From an uncultured Candidatus Bathyarchaeia archaeon (GTDB lineage: Archaea > Thermoproteota > Bathyarchaeia > Bathyarchaeales > Bathycorpusculaceae), in assembly GCA_964587975.1 (NCBI GenBank), contig CAZPND010000001.1, positions 1 through 48,396 on the forward strand: a DNA stretch of 48,396 nt. Reading direction: 5' to 3'. The position numbers and the translations under genes are program-made. Numbering within the stretch: position 1 is the first letter of the stretch; every line of letters starts with the position of its first letter. Shown piece after piece: positions 28,501-34,693 of this stretch. Below the pieces are notes generated by a model, which was not told the origin of the DNA, did not search any database, and saw only the letters and a list, made by a program, of their open reading frames with translations.

Positions 28501-29916
28501 CAGGGTCCTCCGGGAACTGGGAAAACTGAGACGTTGCAGTTAGCAGTCTTGGCTCATGTTGCGGCGCATAAGGCTGGTTCAAGGTGCAGGGTGTTGATGG
28601 TCGCGCCCACTCATAAGGCGATTCATGAGTTTGTGAGCAAGCTAGCTGGTTGTTGGCGGGATTACTGTGGTGGCGGCGGTAAGGATCTTGAGGATTTGAG
28701 GATTTACCGGGTTTTGAGTAGTGATGTTTCTTCGGTTAAACCGTTGGAGGGTGTTAAGTACGTTAATTATCATGAGGATTTGGAGGCGGTTGGTGAGCTT
28801 AGTGGTTGTTTGATGGGGCAGTCGACGTTGGTTTCTGTTGGTTCAGGTTTTCCTTTGGTTTTGTGTGCTACTCCTCCTGGTTTGTATGGTCTTATGAAGA
28901 AGATTGGTGGGTCTGAGCCGCCTTGGGGTGAGGGTTTTTTTGATTTGCTTGTTGTTGATGAGGCTAGTATGATGCGTTTGCCTGAGTTGATTCTTTCAGG
29001 TTCTTTTTTGTGTAAGAGTAGCCAGATTCTTGTGGCGGGGGATCATCGTCAGTTGCCTCCGATTCAGGCTCATAATTGGGAGAAGGAGGATCGGCGGACT
29101 TTGGAGGAGTTGGCTTCTTTCTTGTCGGCTATGGATTTTCTGCGTTTGCTGCGCATGGAGGATTTGGGGATTGACAGGATTAAGCGTGCTCAAGGAGCAG
29201 ATATTCCTACTGAGCGTTTGTGTGAGAGTCACAGGTGTCATACTGTTGTTGCGGAGTTTTTGAAAGAGTGGGTGTATGAGAAGGATAAAATTGATTTTCG
29301 TTCTGAGAGGCGGGAGACGTTGGATGTTTCTGAGCCTAATACGGATGGGTTGCGTGTTGCTCTTGAGCCGGGCAACGTGTTTGTTTTGATTGTTCATGAT
29401 GAGGCTGAGAGTTTTCAGTCGAATTTGGTTGAGGCATCGATCGTGGAGGTTTTGGTTCGTAATGTTCGGTCTAATAATGTGGGTGTGATTACGCCGCATA
29501 ATGCGCAAAAGGGCTTGCTGAAAAATATGCTGTCTGAGGGGTGCGAAAACGTGAGAGTTGACACGGTTGAGAAGTATCAGGGTGGGTCGGCGGATTTCGT
29601 TATTATTTCTTCTACGGTGAGTGACCCTGACTATGTTCGGTGCGAGAGTGATTTTCTGCTTAATTTGAACAGAATAAACGTGGCTATTTCCCGTATGAAA
29701 AAGAAGCTGGTTGTTGTTGCGAGTAAGTCGATTTTTGATTTCATGCCTCAGGATGCTAAGGACTATGATAAGGCTTTGTTGTGGCGCGGGATTTCTCATG
29801 CTGTTGGATTTACAGCTAAGTCAAAGCCGCGGTGGATGGGCACTCTGTCTGAGTTTCTTGGACAACAGGCTTCACCAATTAAGATTGAAGTTTACGTCAA
29901 GAGTGAGAAAGATTAA
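25570..29916 (+). CDS. 1448-aa fusion: Cas4/RecB-like PD-(D/E)XK nuclease (Cys cluster) + RNase-H-like middle domain + SF1B (Upf1/Dna2-like) helicase
   Basis: N-terminus: SASGIAEYIRFNCCPRFF, ADL...IFELK (ELK at 26077-26085), HRIQVAIY, CWRCDNCGFNECC (26353-26391). Middle: VYLFVEWDY, EEKKLLENFF, PIHLYFFSQRERDVL. Helicase: GPPGTGKT (28504-28527), VVDEASM, AGDHRQLPPI, ITPHNAQ, VEKYQGGSADFVIIS, NVAISRMKKKL. TTG start. Confidence 0.85.
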   Translation: MIDEDFDSVFAGGDEGSGGLPVLSASGIAEYIRFNCCPRFFKLKFGAVEIRNRKWIEAFTPISPLLYGAGKALEENKISELKEKAARYFDLSDNDPRIVGWETAWKSSLSTLREVIENKFSDEAGVGCKPVLIYQVPMKGHIGVWDVRGVADLIGVWPSEDGKVKVRIFELKASWKEQTAHRIQVAIYVLLLSQELGDLFSRVEFEGGVINKETDLENLDPDCLPQFKLGPLVMDVERLLSADGELHRIHQTPLPKVEYQLCWRCDNCGFNECCVVSAVESESVALLNLTRGEQNVLRGYGIEKLEDLARLKVLPDADRLRPYDFKGLAARDVEKVSLLSTDPVVGARLDWLVQRAQFMLGGIRPGSPFASRSRRMPWLTGTGYGSLPEDSAFAGADSALLFNTDGMIRVYLFVEWDYMLDVISMISARVSCTRYRGQSLDVSRVIGSLPDGREDCLDEEKKLLENFFLEVTQAISKIAAEVGSPDEAPIHLYFFSQRERDVLMDAVRRQPSLMSARAVRDLLGLRQAIDQPMFSIVQDEVVHRKALRFHSSGLLPILDQSGFFDNKEWMVKRRDGSLVDLRFVFRDGFFNYVLPYRRNSEGAISFILGFDRVGRKEGYYPARARFGDQIPIEYVWAAKGRLDNREEKGLAKIFLEKRMWCDYPQKTRRITDEELALMGLKLCLALEHIERSLSIRNRRLGKKPIAVPKISEFSLGPVTLERSCREFLDLEYFAKRQEMYQHYAMLPYQRVDSGRSLIFECTGVEETERGFVVQGRLVYEGLGVPKADCIANACRVKGSEGSSSGDWMVVTELRRNEEGHFEEVQGRSPSEVERSARAIVDKVNSRKLELTLKVVNWPSGRKRKYSAWHNLPTIDPEKAKSKYMQLFEVGRWYILDELADDIISDRAAKCLDYASSNVLYCLLETFLAGKSMASRVALPQAAATSFLKWVEGSSLPPNEEQKRFVDRVFGEEAIVMLQGPPGTGKTETLQLAVLAHVAAHKAGSRCRVLMVAPTHKAIHEFVSKLAGCWRDYCGGGGKDLEDLRIYRVLSSDVSSVKPLEGVKYVNYHEDLEAVGELSGCLMGQSTLVSVGSGFPLVLCATPPGLYGLMKKIGGSEPPWGEGFFDLLVVDEASMMRLPELILSGSFLCKSSQILVAGDHRQLPPIQAHNWEKEDRRTLEELASFLSAMDFLRLLRMEDLGIDRIKRAQGADIPTERLCESHRCHTVVAEFLKEWVYEKDKIDFRSERRETLDVSEPNTDGLRVALEPGNVFVLIVHDEAESFQSNLVEASIVEVLVRNVRSNNVGVITPHNAQKGLLKNMLSEGCENVRVDTVEKYQGGSADFVIISSTVSDPDYVRCESDFLLNLNRINVAISRMKKKLVVVASKSIFDFMPQDAKDYDKALLWRGISHAVGFTAKSKPRWMGTLSEFLGQQASPIKIEVYVKSEKD

Positions 29917-30068
29917 AAACAGCTTAACATTTTCAGGTGACATTTTCCATAATGCCAAGTCTCTTTTTAAGTACATTCTTTACCATCAAAATGAGAACGT
30001 CTATCAAGCAGCGACTTTTGATTTATTTTATTATATGTCGGTAAGTTTTGTCTTTTTTAGGTTCTTAG

Positions 30069-30755
30069 CTATTCTTCTAATAATCCCAATTTCTTGAGTC
30101 TTGATACTATAGCGCCTATTCCTCTCTGATGCTTAAATGCTAGCTGACGAGCGCTTGCTCCACCCTTGAATCCATTCACGAGATCTTCAATCTCGGCTGA
30201 TGTCCAAGGTTCATATGCTCGAGGCAAGGTTTTCCGAATTTCTTCAATGTTGTAAGGAAGATAGGGGCCACGAATTCGTTTTGTAATCGCTGTATCATCG
30301 CCGACAGGGTTGAAATTTGCTTTTCCAGTAATGAATGATACATATACTATGAACTTTTCTTCTGCCTCAAGATTCTTCAGTTTCTCCAAAGCGCTTTTAC
30401 TGGTAATGAAATTTAATTCGCTTGTTTTGGCGCGTACTTCAAACGCAGCAACAATCTTTTCGTCCGACATCCAAACTACATCTACAAAACTTGACTTCTC
30501 GGGATAGTTGATTTTCGGGTTTTCATAATCGAGCACAACTTTGTAACCGTTGTCGCTGCCGAGTTTACGTAATCTCAGTTTGGCTCTTTTTGCGAGTGGG
30601 GCGGGGTTCTCAATAGTTCCGAATGATTTGGATAATTCAGTTGGGTCTAATTTCGGCGAAGGTAGAGTTGTTGCCTCTTTCTCTAATTGAAAAGCGCAAT
30701 TTGGGCAAAATTTAAAGCTTTCTTGAGTATTGGTGTGACAATTGGGGCACTCCAA
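30069..30755 (-). CDS. Zn-ribbon + possible PD-(D/E)XK-like core + C-terminal HTH protein
   Basis: MECPNCHTNTQESFKFCPNCAF (two CxxC pairs). FVDVVWMSDEKIVAAFEVRAK (D...E-x-R/K pattern). C-terminus RAYEPWTSAEIEDLVNGFKGGASARQLAFKHQRGIGAIVSRLKKLGLL is a Myb/sigma-r4-like HTH. TTG start preceded by GGAGAG. Confidence 0.55.
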   Translation of the reverse strand: MECPNCHTNTQESFKFCPNCAFQLEKEATTLPSPKLDPTELSKSFGTIENPAPLAKRAKLRLRKLGSDNGYKVVLDYENPKINYPEKSSFVDVVWMSDEKIVAAFEVRAKTSELNFITSKSALEKLKNLEAEEKFIVYVSFITGKANFNPVGDDTAITKRIRGPYLPYNIEEIRKTLPRAYEPWTSAEIEDLVNGFKGGASARQLAFKHQRGIGAIVSRLKKLGLLEE

Positions 30756-30775
30756 AAATCGCCACTCTCCGAGTT

Positions 30776-30997
30776 CTATTCTGATGGTTTTTCGCGGTCG
30801 GGGAGTTGGCTATAGTTGCCTTCAAGTGAGCGGTAAACCGCTAATTTTGCATCTGTTACCCAATTATCGTTGACTAGTCGGGTGATTTGCACGGAGATTA
30901 CTTCTGCTAAGGGGTCGTTTCGTGTTGCAAATACTGCGAGGGAGAGGTTGCTTCCGTCGGGGAGGGGTATGCGAAAAGACTGTTTTGGTCTTCCCAT
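30776..30997 (-). CDS. 73-aa hypothetical protein, upstream partner of 30069-30755
   Basis: ATG start. Its stop is 20 nt before the SD and TTG of the next gene. Beta-rich sequence, no recognised motif. Confidence 0.45.
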   Translation of the reverse strand: MGRPKQSFRIPLPDGSNLSLAVFATRNDPLAEVISVQITRLVNDNWVTDAKLAVYRSLEGNYSQLPDREKPSE

Positions 30998-31185
30998 TTT
31001 TTATCGTTTCGATATGTATTTTTGCTGGGCTGTTTAAGTTTTATGTATTTTAAGTATCAAAAAGAATTTAATGTCTCGGATATTGCATTTGCACTTATGA
31101 TTGGTGTTTAACGAGTTTTATATACGCATGGAAATATAGACGTGGCTATGTCAATTCCCATCTCCTCGTCGCTTCATCTGTTTCC

Positions 31186-32457
31186 ATGAAGACACAAAAA
31201 GCTGGAATGCTAAAAATGTGCTTGGAGAAACTTGGATTGAAGCGAAATTCAACTGAAAAGGGAAACCTATCCGAACTGGAGCAGGATTTACGGAAATTAG
31301 AGACATGCTACAGAAAGCTCAGAATATCAAGGATCCTCAGAATTCTGCTTATTGGTTTTCTGTGGGAGAAAGATGTTGAAAAGCGAATAAAAGAGCTGAC
31401 TGAGAAGATTCAGAATCGAATTAGCGGCAATTTTTGTGAAATCAGCAAAATCGTTGGGGAAATAGAAAGAAGCGGCACCTATCTTATCTACCCTGCAAAG
31501 GCGAATTATATTTCTATGATAGAACGAGCTGAGGCTGATGTAGCTGCGTTTGAAAGAAACCAGATTTTTAAACCTGATTTCTTTGGCAACATGAAAAGAA
31601 AGCTTAACGACATCAAAATGTTTGTAATTAACTATAATGACGAGTTTGTGAATCAGAGGAAAAATGAGTATAGGCATCTATGGTCGAAAGGCTCGATTTC
31701 TCTGGACGATGAGCAACAAACGGCTATTGTTACGGATGACAAGCACAATCTTGTGGTTGCAGCCGCAGGCTCGGGCAAAACTGAAGTGCTCATAACCAGA
31801 ATTGCCTACTTGATAAAGCGGAAACCCGATGGTGTGGAGCCTAATCGGACTCTGGCAATAGCATATCAGAGAAAGGCAAAGGAACAAATCGAACAGCGCC
31901 TAAAGGACCGATACGGAATTGAAGACGTGTGGGTCAGAACGTTTCACAAACTTGGGAAAGACATTCTTGAACGTTCCGGCAGAATAATAGAGAGAACAGA
32001 CATTGTTGATGAAAACAAAAAGTTTGGTTTTGTAAAGAGTTTTTTTGAGGAAGAGTTAGTCACTAATCGAGATTTTTATCGGTTGTTTATTCGTTACATA
32101 AAAACTGTTCGTGACGGTGATGATGAGCCGAATGATGCAGATAAGAGAGAGGTTGCTGCTCACGCCAGAGAACGTAGTTACATTTCAATTAATGGTACGA
32201 AGGTAAATAGCAAGGCTGAAAAAGAAATTATGGATTGCCTGCTGACTCATAAAATCAATGGAAAGCCCATTTTTGTTGATTACGAACCGGACATTGGCGG
32301 TTTCAGACCTGACTTTTGTCTTCCCCAATTTGACATTTTTATTGAGCATTGGGGCCTTCGCAAAGATGGTCAAGTGCCAGGATGGTTCAGTCAATCTACC
32401 GACTCATTCTGGAAAGTCAATACAAGAATCTCAGCCAACTCGTCAGAACAGCCATAA
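31186..32457 (+). pseudogene. 3'-truncated helicase IV / UvrD-like gene (motifs I-Ia and the embedded nuclease-like insert only)
   Basis: DDEQQTAIVTDDKHNLVVAAAGSGKTEVLITRIAYL, TLAIAYQRKAKEQIEQRL, VRTFHKLG. Then the insert pattern KAEKEIMDCLLTHKING...FRPDFCLPQFDIFIEHWGLRKDG. No DExx or later helicase motifs. The last ~22 codons are an RHH gene read out of frame. Confidence 0.7.
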
Positions 32458-32489
32458 CTGAACTTCTCAAAAAACACGAGGAGAACTAA
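32382..32489 (+). pseudogene. ribbon-helix-helix (CopG/Arc-like) gene fragment, N-terminal strand missing
   Basis: Frame 0 gives MVQSIYRLILESQYKNLSQLVRTAITELLKKHEEN. NLSQLVRTAITELL is a typical RHH helix 2. It overlaps the end of the truncated helicase ORF, and its stop is 4 nt before the next gene. Confidence 0.35.
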
Positions 32490-32493
32490 AACA

Positions 32494-32874
32494 GTGCTTA
32501 ACAAGCAAGCCGATTTTCTTGTTAAGCTCCGTGACGCGGGTCAGATGATTGCCGACGCAGCAAACGAGCTCCTCGCATCTATGGCTCCACCTGAGCACGA
32601 AGTTAGAAAAGAGCACGCTGCCGTTGGCGAGATAACATTTACGATACTGAAATGGGACGCTCAAACGTGCTCCAAACTAGGCGATTTCGAGGTAGCATAC
32701 AAGTCCAGCAACATAGAAGATAAGTGGCAGCATGCATTCAACATCCTCAGAAACTCAAACGCCACCATCAAAGAACGATACTATGGAGCAGGCTACGGCT
32801 TTTCGTACTGGATTTACGCTCAAGATAAAATCTACCGACAAAAACTCAAACCAAAAGCTGACTCTGGAGGTTAA
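32494..32874 (+). CDS. hypothetical protein (126 aa)
   Basis: GTG start 4 nt after the RHH fragment stop. No motif recognised. Confidence 0.45.
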   Translation: MLNKQADFLVKLRDAGQMIADAANELLASMAPPEHEVRKEHAAVGEITFTILKWDAQTCSKLGDFEVAYKSSNIEDKWQHAFNILRNSNATIKERYYGAGYGFSYWIYAQDKIYRQKLKPKADSGG

Positions 32875-32879
32875 CTTTC

Positions 32880-33203
32880 TTGAACAAATACGCAACATGG
32901 GCGAAGCTAAATCTTGAAGGAAAACGAGCTTGGGGCACCATCTTCCCAAACGGCGTGGTCCCTGTTCAAAGCATCGCAACGCAGCACGTAAAACTGGAAG
33001 ACATAAAGGGCGTTGAGTCCGTGTTCACAGTAGACTGGAAAGAACTAACCCAAAAACAGCAACAAGCTATACTTGAAAACTTAAGCGAGCGAACAGGCTC
33101 CACGAAAGAAACGATATTGAAGGAAATTTTGAAAGTGGGTCTACCTCTTCGCCGAAGATACACAGGCGGTTGCGGCACAAGCCGAATGGAGCTTTTCACC
33201 TAA
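32880..33203 (+). CDS. hypothetical protein (107 aa)
   Basis: TTG start. Ends 14 nt before the integrase ATG. No motif recognised. Confidence 0.4.
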   Translation: MNKYATWAKLNLEGKRAWGTIFPNGVVPVQSIATQHVKLEDIKGVESVFTVDWKELTQKQQQAILENLSERTGSTKETILKEILKVGLPLRRRYTGGCGTSRMELFT

Positions 33204-33217
33204 AGAAGGCTCAGCTC

Positions 33218-34411
33218 ATGGATGACCTGCCAAAAGAAATCTCTGCTCCCATAAGCTTGTCTTGCCCGCGCTGCAGATCCAGAAGGCTTTGGCGGGCTGG
33301 CGTAAGACACTCAACTTTTGGCGATCAAATCCAACGCTGGTTCTGTCGAGACTGTCGATTTCGATTTTCTGACCCTGCAGATGTTGAGAAGGCTTGGAGC
33401 GCGATAGAACGGTTCGAAAGGCAGTCATTAAAAAGCGGAGACGACATAGTGTCTAACAGCCAAATATGCGTCACGGAGACGAAAAACTTGGCAGCGGAAC
33501 AACAGAAAACTGAAGTTCTGCGAAGAAACGACCTATCCACAGCTAAAGGAAAAATCGTCGAATACGAATTCTGGATGATGAAACAAGGATACGCAAAAAC
33601 AACAATCGAAGCACGCGGCAGAATCATGAACCGCTTGGTAAGACTCGGCGCCAACCTCTACGACCCAGAGCAAATCAAAGAAATCATCGCCAAACAACCT
33701 TGGAGTGAAGGAAGAAAAGAAGTCGTCACCGAAACCTACAGCAACTACCTCGTCATGGCAGGAGGAAAATGGAACCCGCCAAGATACCACAGAATCGAGA
33801 AAATACCCTTCATCCCCACCGAACAAGAAATCGACCAACTAATCGCCGGATGCGGAGAGAAAACCACGGCTCTGCTTCAAGCACTCAAGGAAACAGGCAT
33901 GCGAGTAGGAGAAGCCTGGAAACTTAAATGGACCGACATCGACTACGTAAACGCAACAATCAGTATAACACCAGAGAAAGGCAGCCACGCCCGCATGTTC
34001 AAAGTCAGCAATAAACTGCTCGCTATGCTCAACACCCTACCCAAAAAATCAGACAAAATATTCGGCACCTACGAACTCCGCGGATACCGAAGCTCCTTCA
34101 CCCGACAACGCAAAAGAACAGCAATCAAACTCCAGAACCCAAGAATTAACCAAATAACCTTCCACACCTTCCGCCACTGGAAAGCCACCATGGAATACCA
34201 CCGAACCAAAGACATCCTCTACGTCATGCGCCTACTCGGCCACAAGAACATCAAAAACACCCTGATCTACACGCAACTCGTAACCTTCGAGAACGATGAC
34301 TTCGTCTGCAAAGTAGCCACCAACACCAAAGAAGCCAAAGAGCTCATCGAAGCGGGATTCGACTTTGTCTGCAAAATAGAGAATGAAAGCTTGTTCAGAA
34401 AGAGGAAGTAA
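33218..34411 (+). CDS. tyrosine recombinase / integrase with N-terminal Zn-ribbon
   Basis: CPRCRSRRLW...FCRDCRFRF. Catalytic region ITFHTFRHWKATMEY...LLGHKNIKNTLIYTQL (R, HxxR, H, Y). Reads toward attR and the tRNA. Start set at ATG 33218. Confidence 0.9.
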   Translation: MDDLPKEISAPISLSCPRCRSRRLWRAGVRHSTFGDQIQRWFCRDCRFRFSDPADVEKAWSAIERFERQSLKSGDDIVSNSQICVTETKNLAAEQQKTEVLRRNDLSTAKGKIVEYEFWMMKQGYAKTTIEARGRIMNRLVRLGANLYDPEQIKEIIAKQPWSEGRKEVVTETYSNYLVMAGGKWNPPRYHRIEKIPFIPTEQEIDQLIAGCGEKTTALLQALKETGMRVGEAWKLKWTDIDYVNATISITPEKGSHARMFKVSNKLLAMLNTLPKKSDKIFGTYELRGYRSSFTRQRKRTAIKLQNPRINQITFHTFRHWKATMEYHRTKDILYVMRLLGHKNIKNTLIYTQLVTFENDDFVCKVATNTKEAKELIEAGFDFVCKIENESLFRKRK

Positions 34412-34497
34412 CCTCATGAAAAGGATAGCTAAAACCGAAAAAATCCTCAGCCTGAAAAACAGAGAAAGCATCTCCCAAAAGCTGGGGGTTTATGCCA

Positions 34498-34523
34498 AAA
34501 AGCTGGGGATGGGAATTGAACCC
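34498..34523. repeat. attR: 26-nt direct repeat overlapping the 3' end of tRNA-Cys
   Basis: Identical to 22278-22303. Confidence 0.8.
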
Positions 34524-34573
34524 ATATAGAGCAGCTCTGCAGGCTACCGCCTGAACCGTTCGGCCACCCCAGC
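34501..34573 (-). tRNA. tRNA-Cys (anticodon GCA), no encoded CCA
   Basis: Hand-folded 73-nt cloverleaf. Acceptor GCTGGGG/CCCCAGC. D stem GCC/GGC. Anticodon stem GTAGC/GCTGC with loop CTGCAGA. 5-nt variable loop. T arm ATGGG-TTCAATT-CCCAT. Discriminator U73, the Cys identity element. Confidence 0.9.
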
Positions 34574-34596
34574 AAAGTGACTCTAGGTGGGGACTG

Positions 34597-34604
34597 AAAT
34601 AAAA
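34597..34604 (-). promoter_or_regulatory. TATA-like box about 24-31 nt upstream of the tRNA-Cys 5' end
   Basis: The minus strand reads ttttattt. The spacing fits an archaeal TATA box at about -27. Confidence 0.35.
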
Positions 34605-34693
34605 GTATTGTTGGTTAATTTTGGGTCTGTAGTGTGGTTTTTGTCTATACCCCCTTTTATATAGAGTAAGTGGTGTGTGAGAAACGTTGGCAG

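Larger units (their letters stand above)
22278..34523. mobile_element. integrated element (~12.2 kb) in tRNA-Cys, carrying a tyrosine integrase and defence-type cargo
   Basis: Exact 26-nt direct repeats at both ends, one inside an intact tRNA. The integrase lies adjacent to the tRNA. Cargo is TA/Abi, nuclease-helicase and decayed genes. Confidence 0.8.

Noticed and set aside
25627-29799. Minus-strand ORFs of 174, 90, 163, 124 and 267 aa inside the nuclease-helicase gene
   Set aside because: This is the same artefact in mirror image: an A+C-rich antisense strand with few stops and low-complexity translations. The plus-strand frame has full nuclease and helicase motifs.
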